Below are positions 37,740 to 47,436 of a stretch of DNA of 64,000 nucleotides, in pieces (within the stretch, counting starts at the first letter, position 1; the number at the start of each line of letters is the position of its first letter). Both the position numbers and the translations under genes were made by a program. Below the pieces are notes generated by a model that had not been told where the DNA came from, did not search any database, and saw only the letters and a list, made by a program, of their open reading frames with translations. The DNA is from a virus. The DNA lies in the IMG/VR virus record IMGVR_UViG_3300035180_001847, positions 1 to 64,000 of that record; one strand, given 5' to 3'.

Positions 37740-38087
37740 TTAAATTCCAAAGAGAGCGGCGATTCGAAATTTAAGATCGTTTATCGTTTCCGATTCTCGC
37801 GCAATCGCGGCGATTGCCGAAACATAACCGCCTGTATATCGATTGAGCATGACCGTTAACTGATCTGGAGTTTCCGCGCCCGCTTGCGCCATTTTATCCA
37901 CGATCTCAATCAGATCGTAACCAGTTTGACACCCTGCAATCTGTGCATCATACCCGACTCTCATCATATCGTAGGCCATCCTAACCAGTTGCGAGAGATC
38001 GCGCGATTTGACCTCGATCAGATCACCATCACACGGGGTTAAGATCATTTTATAAGATGGTTTTTTTTGTTTTTTTGTTGTGGTCAT
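37740..38087 (-). CDS. Hypothetical protein
   Basis: RBS GAGGA; promoter and tandem operator 38127-38192. Confidence 0.7.
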   Translation of the reverse strand: MTTTKKQKKPSYKMILTPCDGDLIEVKSRDLSQLVRMAYDMMRVGYDAQIAGCQTGYDLIEIVDKMAQAGAETPDQLTVMLNRYTGGYVSAIAAIARESETINDLKFRIAALFGI

Positions 38088-38324
38088 TTCATCCTCTTTT
38101 GTTTTTTTGCTTTTTTGATTTGAATAATTTTACTCGATTGATTGGTAAGGGTCAATAGTCAAATGTCATAAAAATAATATAACAAACGTCATAATTCATT
38201 AATAGCGCGGATTGAAACGGCGCAGATTGAAACGAAGCCTAAAACGTCACCGAACCAGTAAACCAGCGAAGTACCAGCGGAACCGGAAACGTCACCGAGT
38301 CACTTCCCTTATTGGGCGCGTGGA

Positions 38325-38475
38325 TTATGTGTATATGTGTTTAGTTATGTGTTTATGGTTATGTCGTTATGGTTGTGTTTATATCGTGGTTGTGTGTTTA
38401 TTTGTTTATGTTTATATGTATATATGTATATATATGTATATGTGTATATGTATATGTGTATATATGTGTGTGTTG
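38325..38475. repeat. TA/TG low-complexity tract
   Basis: (TATG)/(TATATG)-like units, almost no C on + strand. Confidence 0.8.
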
Positions 38476-38980
38476 TAATGATAGACATGGCTTAATTTAT
38501 GGCTATTATGTTTTTTTATATGTTCGGGACACAATCGGCCGACTCCGATCACGATCCAAACCATAAGACTATATACTATATATTGTTAAGATAATATATA
38601 ATTATCTTAACATATGACGGGGTGGTTTTAATTTTTCGATGTTTTTTGGATGACCCCGTCGGTTAAAGCTCATTAACCCACACACAAAACCATCACCCCA
38701 CATATAAATCTAAATCAACCCTAAACAACTAAACCTAATTCTACATAACCTTAAACAAAACCAAGAGAAAAGAGCGAAGCGATGAATAACCGCCCCGAAG
38801 GGGCTAAAGTGACAAACAAGAACGAGTTATTTCTATAAATTATTAGATAAGTGGATTAAATTTGATTCTAACGATTAATTTTGCACAATTAAATAAGAAC
38901 AGCCCTTTTCATAGGGCTGTTTAAGGTAATGTAGAATTAGAAATGGGTTTTTAGAGGGAACGACAGGGAGTGAAGGACGA

Positions 38981-39048
38981 AAAAAGTTGTCACCTTATAA
39001 CCAATACTTAATTAATTATATATATGTTTATAAAGTGACAACTTTTTT
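38981..39048. repeat. Long inverted repeat with AT-rich loop
   Basis: AAAAAGTTGTCACCTTATAA...TTATAAAGTGACAACTTTTT. Confidence 0.8.
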
Positions 39049-39050
39049 GT

Positions 39051-40091
39051 TTATGGTAATCTTATCAGGTCATCGGTAAGGTATCTTTGATTGTATTCCC
39101 AATCCTTTGATGGGGGTGTAGGTTGTTCGTATTCATCTTTATCAATCATTTGCATAAATTTTTTTAATTCATTTTCATAATTCTCTTTCATTTTCAGATA
39201 CTTCTTTTTCGCATCTTTATTGACAAACGTGGCAAATTTTCCGTTCAGTGAATTTCTAAATTTTATTAATTCGTCGTATTCTTTTTTGTAAGAATCAAGA
39301 TTTTCTTCCAAATTATCTGTGCAGCCTATTAAAAATCCATATTGTAATTTATGAAGTCCCATTTGCTTTGCAACTTCTTCGTCCACGTTTCGATAAAATT
39401 CTGGTAGCCTTCCAATGAAAAATAATTTCCCAAGATTTTTTTGAGTAACATTTTCACTTAACATATTATTTAGGATTTTATTCTTTATGCTCAATATTTT
39501 ACTTTCCTCTTTATCCGTCGTGATTCTATCTTCTGTTCCATCGAATACCATGTGTCTTTTATCTACAAGTATGATGAAATTATCCTCTAAAACTTTTAGC
39601 GCGCTTTTAAGCATTTCTCTCATTTTAGCTTCTGTTCTAATATAAAATTCCTTCATATCTTTAATTTCAATATTTGTTGGACACTCACTGATATATGCTT
39701 CTATGGATTTTTTAGCTGGTAAGTATTTGCTATTTATCATTCCAGTTATTTCAAATATTTCTTTATGTGTAAGAAAAGTTCTCTTATCATCATTCACGAA
39801 AATTCTATCGTTTTTGTGTTCCGCCAGGTAATTTAACAATTGCACGGAAATATCCTCGACATAAATAGACCGATTTCCAAGTTTTCTATTATCAATTTTA
39901 GACAATTCATTTTTATATATTTTTTCAATTATAAGAGATTGACCATCTGATTTATTAAACTTGAAATATCTTTCAAGTTCTCTCATTTGATAAATCTTTG
40001 CTTTTCCAGTTTTTTCTTTAATATCAAGTAATACACAAAGTTCACGATAGTTTTTTATTATCTGACCCTCGGATATATTTCTAATGTTCAT
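39051..40091 (-). CDS. Conserved phage hypothetical protein (possible DNA-binding/replication protein)
   Basis: GQIIKNYRELCVLL N-terminus; overlaps MTase stop; ends at the inverted repeat. Confidence 0.7.
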   Translation of the reverse strand: MNIRNISEGQIIKNYRELCVLLDIKEKTGKAKIYQMRELERYFKFNKSDGQSLIIEKIYKNELSKIDNRKLGNRSIYVEDISVQLLNYLAEHKNDRIFVNDDKRTFLTHKEIFEITGMINSKYLPAKKSIEAYISECPTNIEIKDMKEFYIRTEAKMREMLKSALKVLEDNFIILVDKRHMVFDGTEDRITTDKEESKILSIKNKILNNMLSENVTQKNLGKLFFIGRLPEFYRNVDEEVAKQMGLHKLQYGFLIGCTDNLEENLDSYKKEYDELIKFRNSLNGKFATFVNKDAKKKYLKMKENYENELKKFMQMIDKDEYEQPTPPSKDWEYNQRYLTDDLIRLP

Positions 40092-40833
40092 TGATTTGTT
40101 CCATCCTTTTCTTTGCAATTTCAAATATCTCTTCGTCCATTTCCATACCGATAAATTTACGCTTCAAATCTAAAGATGCTATTCCAGTGCTTCCACTGCC
40201 CATTGCATTATCTAAAACCACATCTCCTTCTAAAGTATAACTTTTTATTAAAAATTTTAACAATTCAACGGGCTTTTGAGATGTGTGTAACCTATTGTAA
40301 TTATCTACACACTTATATGTCAATAAATTGGTGGGATAACGGGTTGTATCCCCGCCCTGATAGTCTCTTTTATTTTCTCCCAAATAAGCTCCTCCGTAGG
40401 TTTTGCCCTTTGCCGAATTTGTGGGAATATGTCCATCTGTTTTTTGAGGATAATAAGAGCCATTGTAAAATATAACTATTTCTTCTATCTTACGCAATGG
40501 TTGTCTTTTGGCGTGGAGGAAATGAGTGGATTGATTTTTTTCCCAATACCAACAATATTTATAGTTTTTTCTATTGGATGTTATAAGGTCTGTGGTAAAA
40601 GGTTGTTGTCCAAATAGTGCAACCGTTCCTTTTGGAGATAAAATTCTTTTATATTGTTTCCAGAGAAGAGTTAGGTCTATTGACTTATCCCATTTTGAAG
40701 CAAGTTGTTTATAGGGAAGATCGGCAAGAATTAGGTTTATGGATTTGTCTGGAATATTTTTCATTAATTCTAAACAATCACCCCACCAAAGCTGCACATC
40801 TCTGTTTTCAATTTGATTATTTTCATCGTTCAT
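40081..40833 (-). CDS. Beta-class N6/N4 DNA methyltransferase
   Basis: GDCLELM, DLPY, HTSQKP, DNAMGSGSTG; RBS AAGGAG. Confidence 0.92.
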   Translation of the reverse strand: MNDENNQIENRDVQLWWGDCLELMKNIPDKSINLILADLPYKQLASKWDKSIDLTLLWKQYKRILSPKGTVALFGQQPFTTDLITSNRKNYKYCWYWEKNQSTHFLHAKRQPLRKIEEIVIFYNGSYYPQKTDGHIPTNSAKGKTYGGAYLGENKRDYQGGDTTRYPTNLLTYKCVDNYNRLHTSQKPVELLKFLIKSYTLEGDVVLDNAMGSGSTGIASLDLKRKFIGMEMDEEIFEIAKKRMEQINEH

Positions 40834-40907
40834 GTTTTTCTCCTTGTGAAATATTATTGAATATGAAATATCATCATATTTAATAATATATAAATATCTA
40901 AACTCAA

Positions 40908-40985
40908 ATTTTACCACCTCGCGTCAAACTTGTCAATATCCTTGATTTCAACACTCTTGACAAATAAAATCTTTTATGATATACT
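40908..40985. promoter_or_regulatory. Back-to-back sigma70-type promoters at the strand switch
   Basis: Minus: TTGACA(40936)-17-TAAAAT; plus: TTGACA(40957)-17-TATACT. Confidence 0.75.
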
Positions 40986-41053
40986 GTTAAAAATAGAATA
41001 TTGTATTTTTAGGAGTTTGGACACGCCAACTGGAACTCATGCCCGTTTGTCAA

Positions 41054-41075
41054 CGGCTAATTCAAACTGTGGGGT
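41054..41075 (+). repeat. attC-like right half-site (degenerate)
   Basis: CGGCTAAT-TCAAACT-GTGGGGT. Confidence 0.5.
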
Positions 41076-41114
41076 AACAAGTTATTACCCAAAAATAAAA
41101 TCATCGGAGAAATT

Positions 41115-41723
41115 ATGCATACACATACAGCAAAAAACCTTTTCAATCAGAATATTCAAAGCGCCAAAGATAGTCTTGCGCTTTATGATGCAATTGCTGC
41201 ACTCCAGCCAAGAGGCGTGGATATCAATTGGGTACTCAGGTCTGCCGTTGTATTTGCGGTTTCAGCACTTGATACATTTTTCCACGACAAAATCAAATAT
41301 CGTGTCGGGAGATTTGATTTTGGAAATATTCCGCCTGCTTTTGCAAAATTTGAAATTGAAATCAAGGATTTAATTTCGTGGGACAAATCAAGGAGAAAAG
41401 GCGATATTTTGCAAAATTGGGTCACTAATTATCTATCAACGCGTTCTCTACAATCACGAACGGAAATCGAAGAGTCTTTGAAAATGGCGGGAATTAACGC
41501 TGTTTGGGACACTATTGAACCAGATAAAGATAATAAAAATGCGCTTTTGCGAGACCTTGATCTTTTGGTCAAACGACGAAATCAAATTTCTCATGAAGGA
41601 GATAGAGTAACTTCTCGTAGAAGTGGAAAAACATTGCGCCCAATCACTAGACTAGAAGTAGAGAATTGGATAAAGTTTGTTGAATACATCGTTCTTAAAG
41701 TTGAAAATGCATTTCCTGGCTAG
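41115..41723 (+). CDS. HEPN-domain protein (cassette-like)
   Basis: LRSAVVFAVSALDTFFHD N-helix and RNQISH (Rx4H) motif. Confidence 0.75.
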   Translation: MHTHTAKNLFNQNIQSAKDSLALYDAIAALQPRGVDINWVLRSAVVFAVSALDTFFHDKIKYRVGRFDFGNIPPAFAKFEIEIKDLISWDKSRRKGDILQNWVTNYLSTRSLQSRTEIEESLKMAGINAVWDTIEPDKDNKNALLRDLDLLVKRRNQISHEGDRVTSRRSGKTLRPITRLEVENWIKFVEYIVLKVENAFPG

Positions 41724-41737
41724 ATTATGAAAAAATC

Positions 41738-41870
41738 ACCCAATAACGTATGCTCCCGACTAGCGGGAGTCTGGTTGCCATAAATAGGTTTTATCTATTC
41801 TTTGAGTTTAATTTCCTTTCGGGCATTTTCTCAGCCCCGTTCCACAAGCGGCTGACGCAAACCGCTAAGT
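41738..41870 (+). repeat. attC-like site (complete), plus strand
   Basis: ACCCAAT-AACGT-ATGCTCCC...GGCTGAC-GCAAACC-GCTAAGT. Confidence 0.72.
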
Positions 41871-41890
41871 GGCTAGGGTAAAGGAGTCTA

Positions 41891-42442
41891 ATGGCAAGGA
41901 AAGAGTTTGTCGCTGGCAAAGCGGCTGGTAGGCAGGAAGGTTATACTTCAACACACTTCACGCCCGAAACGGCTGTAATTGATTTACTTCAATTCATCCC
42001 GTTTGAAAGTGGAGATATTGCACTTGATCCTTCTGCTGGCGTAAATAAAGTTTGGTTCAATAATTTTCCATGCAATAAAGATTACTGTGAAATTGATGAA
42101 GGTTTAGATTTCTTTGAGTATCCAAAACAAGTTGATTGGATCATAGGCAATCCGCCTTTCACTGATTTTATAAAGTTTCTTATGCACAGCCCCAGCATTG
42201 CAAGAAAAGGGTTTGCTTATCTTATCGGGCATAGTCGTCTCAATCAGGTTACACCGAAGCGATTGAGTATCTTGGAAGAAAAAGGTTTCTATTTATCAGG
42301 CATCCAAATCTGTACATTCAAAGCATGGTTTGGCAGGTATTACTTCCTGATTTTCACTCGCTCCAAGAATGAAGGTATCGGCTATTCACGAAAGAATTAT
42401 AGCCATGAAGTCTCTACGCCGCAGAACAATGTGTGCTGTTAA
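41891..42442 (+). CDS. Small N6-adenine DNA methyltransferase (cassette-like)
   Basis: FTP, LDPSAG, GLDFF, IIGNPPF; RBS AAGGAG; stop in attC. Confidence 0.8.
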   Translation: MARKEFVAGKAAGRQEGYTSTHFTPETAVIDLLQFIPFESGDIALDPSAGVNKVWFNNFPCNKDYCEIDEGLDFFEYPKQVDWIIGNPPFTDFIKFLMHSPSIARKGFAYLIGHSRLNQVTPKRLSILEEKGFYLSGIQICTFKAWFGRYYFLIFTRSKNEGIGYSRKNYSHEVSTPQNNVCC

Positions 42443-42506
42443 AATTTGAATAATTTTACGGTTTTATCTCGTCCCGCTCATATGCAGATAGCGCAAACCG
42501 TTGGCC
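42421..42506 (+). repeat. attC-like site (diverged), plus strand
   Basis: GCAGAAC-AATGT-GTGCTG...AGATAGC-GCAAACC-GTTGGCC. Confidence 0.65.
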
Positions 42507-42705
42507 ATTTTCTAGCACAATAAGGTAAAAAATTATCTCGCCCGTGATGGGATTCACATTGTTTAAAAAATAGAGAATAAAATAACTTATTATAAACTTT
42601 CCACCCCTGTATGAAACAATTATGATTGCATTTGATATCAATGATTATATTTAATATCAATGCAGATAAATTTAAAGAGTAAAAAGGATTTTATAAAGTG
42701 AGATA

Positions 42706-43062
42706 ATGTTGGATTTTTTGAAACAACAAATTGGTTTTTGGCAATGTGTTTTATTTATAGTTGGAATTATTTGTGTTTATGGCTGGTGGTTGTGGAGAAT
42801 ATATAAACCATATAAATATAAAGAACCAAAACAAAATCAACACTCCAAAGATTTGGAAAGATTGGGACAGATTAATGATGAAATTTATAATTTAACGTGT
42901 GATAGGGATTGGGAAAAAATTCAAGAACTTCGCAGGGAGCGCATAAAAATATTAAGCAAGCCTGAAAATTATAATCACTATGCCATTCAACGGGATTTGA
43001 TTTGGCTTAGTATTCAAAAAATTGGTGGTAAATACTTCTATAATTCAGATGCCAATTTGTAA
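42706..43062 (+). CDS. Hypothetical membrane-anchored protein
   Basis: N-terminal TM helix. Confidence 0.6.
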   Translation: MLDFLKQQIGFWQCVLFIVGIICVYGWWLWRIYKPYKYKEPKQNQHSKDLERLGQINDEIYNLTCDRDWEKIQELRRERIKILSKPENYNHYAIQRDLIWLSIQKIGGKYFYNSDANL

Positions 43063-43626
43063 TTTGACGGGTGAGAATTAATGTTTTTGTTAAATTATAA
43101 ATATGGAATATTTATTAATATGTAATATGTATTAAGAAGAGCAATAGCGGAGATAAAAGATAAAAAAATTTTTTATTAATGGTGGTTGAAGAAAAAAAGA
43201 GAGAGAAAGAAAGAAAAAAATAATCAACTGGAAGTATGAATGAGTTGATATAATTTATGTAGATAAGGATACTAACAACATAGAAAATATATGAATATTC
43301 GCAATTTTTATTTATTTGTAACAAGTCATAAAAATATTTCTTTGGATTGTGTAAACCCAACTAATCAGCCTGATTTAGATATAATGGATTTAGATGATAA
43401 TTTGAGTTTGGAGGAATTGAATAATATGGATATGGATGATGTTGAAGATGAAGATAAATATTTGGATTGGGAAAGTTTTTTTGAAGTAAATAAACACGGC
43501 GAGGGGAGATGGTCAGAAATGTCTTATAATAGATATTGTCAAGGAATTTTGGATCAATAAAAAAGGTGTTTATATTGAAAACTTTTTTTAGATAAAATAA
43601 TTTTTTGTGAAAGGAAATATTGAGCC

Positions 43627-46359
43627 TTGTCCCGAAAAATACAATCCTTTTATGTATTAAAATTAGAAAGCGAAAAACTAAAAAAACACGGATATAAAAT
43701 TAAAATAGATTTGAACGAGGCAAGAAAAAACAATGAAGTGGTATCATTGGCAAATAGTCAAATGATACGGACGATACAAGAAGTTATAAAATCAAGTTAT
43801 TCTCAGAAAAAATTAGATAGATTAGTAAAAAGAAAAAAAGCATTAGGAAATCAAAAAAATAAATCGATTTATCGAAAAGAATTGAGCGATATTCAAAATG
43901 AAATAGATAAGTTATTGTTTATTCCTGAATTGATAGTAATTCATTTTAATCATACATCACATTATAAAACAATTATTAAAAAGGGTCTTTTTATAAATGA
44001 CAAAGAATATGTTAGATTAATGACGGGAGCGGGTCACGCTCGTCGTAATTCCAGTATCTTCATTGAAAAAAATATTTGGATGAATGTCAATGAAATATTT
44101 GAAAATGGAAGAAACAAAAACGTTCCTCTAGTGTATAGCAAGTATAATGCCTATTATGGACTTTATGCTTCGGCAACTCAACCCGTCTCATTTCCTCGTA
44201 TAGCAGTTGTGCCAGACCTTGAATTGGAATTTATAAGAACATTTGATTTTGTTGAAGAAGTCGAACAGGAAGATGATTTGGTTTATGAAAAAATAATGCC
44301 CGTCAAGCAAAATATTTTTGATGGTATGGGATTGATAAGCATTGAATTTGCGAAACAATGGCAGTCAGACCTTGAACTTGATTATCTTCCATCTGGATTT
44401 ATATTTAGAGGGGGATTTTTCAAAGGAATGCTTGCAACATTTGATATAAAAATGTTTGCCAAAGAAAATAATTCTTTTGAAATAAAAGATGTTTGGGGAA
44501 ATATTCATAATGTAAAAGATATTGATATTATTGCAACCCAATCACAATTCAAATTATGGATGTGCTATAATTCAATTGATGACTACCGTGAAAACTGTGT
44601 AAAAAACAATATTGGATTTGGGGTAAGCAGAGTTTCTCCAAAAAAACAAAAAGATTTTTTTTATTCATCATATCAATATTTACAGGTATTGAATGAAGAT
44701 AAAGTCAATATTGAAAAATTATGTGAACCAACCTTAAATTATTTCAAAGATGTTTCTTCTGATGATGCTAATAAGGCAATTTTATATTTATTGGGCGATA
44801 AGGATTATCAAGATTTAGAAAAATTATTCGAGCAAATTGATAATAACGTGTTGAAAGCGCTCATGATAAATAAAAATGTCATAAAAGATAATCATATAAA
44901 AAACCATATTTTCAAGACTATTAATAAAAAGATACGAAATTCCTTCATGGGGAATCTTATTCTTGATGGATGTTATCAAATGAATATTGCTGATCCTGTG
45001 GCTTTCATGCAACACGCTCTGGGTCTTTTGGTAACGGGATTGCTAAAAGATAAAGAATATTATTCTAAATACTGGTCATCAAGAAAAATAAATAAAATCG
45101 CAACGGGTAGAAGTCCTTTAACTTGGAGAAGTGAATTAAATGTCTTAAATCTTATTGACAATAATGATACTGAGAAATGGTACAAATATTTGAGTGACGG
45201 GATTATAACCAATATTTATGGTGATGACAACTATCGTTGGGCGGATTCCGATATGGATGGTGATTTGATTTTTTCTACATCTAATGAATACTTGATAAAT
45301 GGGGCATTTGGCGGAAATCCAATCACATATAATCGTGACTCTGGAAATAAGGATATTATAAATACCGATGAATTATATAAAAGCGATATTGATAGTTATG
45401 GTTCGCGCATTGGTGTTTTAACCAATTATTCAACAACATCGTATTCAATGCTTTCCATGTTTGGTAACAAGGACAGTGAAGAATATAAAACCATTATAAA
45501 TAGATTGAAAATAACAAGAAAAAATCAGGGTCAGGAAATTGATAAGGCGAAATTGGGCGGATTTATAAAACCAATTCCTGAATGGGCTAAGTATAGGCAC
45601 ATAAAAAATTCCATGACCGAAGAAGAAAAAAATAAAATTAGGCTTCACAATAGACTTCTTCTTGATCGTCGTCCTTTGTGGATGATTTATCTTTATCCTC
45701 ACAAAATGAATGAATTTCGTCGTTTCAATAAGATATATGAAAACTATGTTCAAAGTAAAATGGGATTTTCTCTGGAAACATTGTTGAATAAAAAAGATAG
45801 AAACAAGAAGGAAAACGACATTTATAATAGTTATGTAAGATATTCTCCATTTATTGTTGAAGATAAGTCTATTATGATGAAGATTTATCAATATATGATT
45901 CAATCTGTTCGTGAACATAAACTTAAGATGAAAAACGATTCATTGACATTTGATTATACCATATATCTAAATAAATCCATCCCTAAAAACTCATATAAAC
46001 TGCAACAGATGGAAAATTTACTAAAAGAATATAAGTCCGCTAAAAAGAATTTATCTGTTACCAATAATTTTGAAAACAAAGAACAAGTCTTTTCTATTTT
46101 GAGAAATAAGGCTGAATTTAATATAAGTAATAATATATCAGAATTAACAAATTTGGCTGTTGAGGTTTGTTATGAAAAAGGAACTGTAAATTCAAGGCAA
46201 TTTGTTTTTGATCTGTTTGGCGATGGTATTATTCAGAATCTCTTGACAAATAATGGAAATAAGATTATGATACCAGTTCTTACTGAACCATCTGGAGATT
46301 TGGAATTTCTTGGAAAACACTATTCATTGAAAGAGGTTAAAATAAATAATGTCGTATAA
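43627..46359 (+). CDS. YonO-like single-subunit RNA polymerase (RdRP-family double-psi barrel)
   Basis: FDGMGLIS, FKGML, GRSP, catalytic ADSDMDGD (DxDGD), QEIDKAK; sits upstream of HU and head genes as in SPbeta. Confidence 0.88.
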   Translation: MSRKIQSFYVLKLESEKLKKHGYKIKIDLNEARKNNEVVSLANSQMIRTIQEVIKSSYSQKKLDRLVKRKKALGNQKNKSIYRKELSDIQNEIDKLLFIPELIVIHFNHTSHYKTIIKKGLFINDKEYVRLMTGAGHARRNSSIFIEKNIWMNVNEIFENGRNKNVPLVYSKYNAYYGLYASATQPVSFPRIAVVPDLELEFIRTFDFVEEVEQEDDLVYEKIMPVKQNIFDGMGLISIEFAKQWQSDLELDYLPSGFIFRGGFFKGMLATFDIKMFAKENNSFEIKDVWGNIHNVKDIDIIATQSQFKLWMCYNSIDDYRENCVKNNIGFGVSRVSPKKQKDFFYSSYQYLQVLNEDKVNIEKLCEPTLNYFKDVSSDDANKAILYLLGDKDYQDLEKLFEQIDNNVLKALMINKNVIKDNHIKNHIFKTINKKIRNSFMGNLILDGCYQMNIADPVAFMQHALGLLVTGLLKDKEYYSKYWSSRKINKIATGRSPLTWRSELNVLNLIDNNDTEKWYKYLSDGIITNIYGDDNYRWADSDMDGDLIFSTSNEYLINGAFGGNPITYNRDSGNKDIINTDELYKSDIDSYGSRIGVLTNYSTTSYSMLSMFGNKDSEEYKTIINRLKITRKNQGQEIDKAKLGGFIKPIPEWAKYRHIKNSMTEEEKNKIRLHNRLLLDRRPLWMIYLYPHKMNEFRRFNKIYENYVQSKMGFSLETLLNKKDRNKKENDIYNSYVRYSPFIVEDKSIMMKIYQYMIQSVREHKLKMKNDSLTFDYTIYLNKSIPKNSYKLQQMENLLKEYKSAKKNLSVTNNFENKEQVFSILRNKAEFNISNNISELTNLAVEVCYEKGTVNSRQFVFDLFGDGIIQNLLTNNGNKIMIPVLTEPSGDLEFLGKHYSLKEVKINNVV

Positions 46360-46626
46360 AATTTTGAATATTGATAATATGCAATATCAGACAGAAGAAC
46401 AAGCGGATTTAATATTTTGCGATTTTGTGTATGAGGATTTAAATTTTCAATGGGTGGACAAATATTGGAGATTTTTAAAAGAGGGGGGAGTATGGGGAAG
46501 TAGAATGTGCGGGAGGCAATCTTGAATAATGTAAATTATGTTGGAATTGAATATGATAAAGAACCGTTTGAATTAGCGCAAAAACGATTAAAAGAAGTTT
46601 ATGAGAAGAAAAATACTAATTCTTAA
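46349..46626 (+). pseudogene. Internally deleted DNA methyltransferase remnant
   Basis: ADLIFCDFVY...LKEGG N-part joined out of frame to YVGIEYDKEPFELAQKRL C-part. Confidence 0.6.
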
Positions 46627-47377
46627 TGAAATTACTCAAGCAGAAAAAATATTGAAGAATGGTTTCACCAATGGCATAATGTTTGGAGAATTAATGTTGT
46701 TGGCAAAATATTTTAAAGCATTGGGACTTAGACCAAAAAAAATTAAGGAAAAAATTGTCGAGTTTTGTACAAAAGAAGATAAATTTTTTAATGTTGATGT
46801 TTATGATAAAATGATAGCGACAGCTATAAATAAGTCCAAAAATTATAAGATCAAATCTGTTGAAGGCATAAATATCCCCATCTTTGAAGAAGAAATAGAT
46901 GTCATAAAATTTTTACCTCACCGTTTATATAAAATATTGTTTGTAATGCTTGCTCTTTCCAAGTATCAGAAATTTTTTCATTCCAGGATAAAAAATAAGA
47001 AAAGAAAAAGAATGTCTTATTTTTTGAATTTTGTGGATTTTGAAGATATATGTAGAATGGCTGGATTAGGAAGCAAAAATATAACCAAAAAATTAATTTA
47101 TAAAATTCGTTATGAATTGGATGGGAAGGGCGGATTTATATCGTCCAGCAAATTCTCAGAATCCAGTTATCAAATAATGTTTGCTAGGGATGAAGGTAAA
47201 ATAATTTCTTTGGTGAGGGATTTAGAAAATATAATAGATTTTATTCCTTATTTTTGCGTGGATTGTAAAAAACAATTTGATAAAAAGGGTAAACGTGATA
47301 GATGTGATGACTGCTATTTAGAATATAGAAGGAAAATCAATAGAGAAAATATGAAACGTTCCAGAAAAGAAGCATGA
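46601..47377 (+). CDS. Hypothetical protein with C-terminal Zn ribbon
   Basis: CVDC...RCDDC; next to RNAP gene. Confidence 0.72.
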   Translation: MRRKILILNEITQAEKILKNGFTNGIMFGELMLLAKYFKALGLRPKKIKEKIVEFCTKEDKFFNVDVYDKMIATAINKSKNYKIKSVEGINIPIFEEEIDVIKFLPHRLYKILFVMLALSKYQKFFHSRIKNKKRKRMSYFLNFVDFEDICRMAGLGSKNITKKLIYKIRYELDGKGGFISSSKFSESSYQIMFARDEGKIISLVRDLENIIDFIPYFCVDCKKQFDKKGKRDRCDDCYLEYRRKINRENMKRSRKEA

Positions 47378-47436
47378 AAATTTGTGTACAGATGTAATAC
47401 TTATCTAATTAATGAAAGAGGATAAAATAAACAAAA

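Noticed and set aside
38212-38566. ORFs 38212..38478 and 38369..38566
   Set aside because: Translations (YMYICIYMYMC) simply reflect the TA/TG low-complexity tract; no RBS.
43627-46359. RNA-virus replicase or reverse transcriptase/DGR
   Set aside because: DxDGD double-psi-barrel signature and SPbeta-like context indicate a YonO-type DNA-dependent RNAP; no YxDD RT and no adenine-specific TR/VR pair seen.
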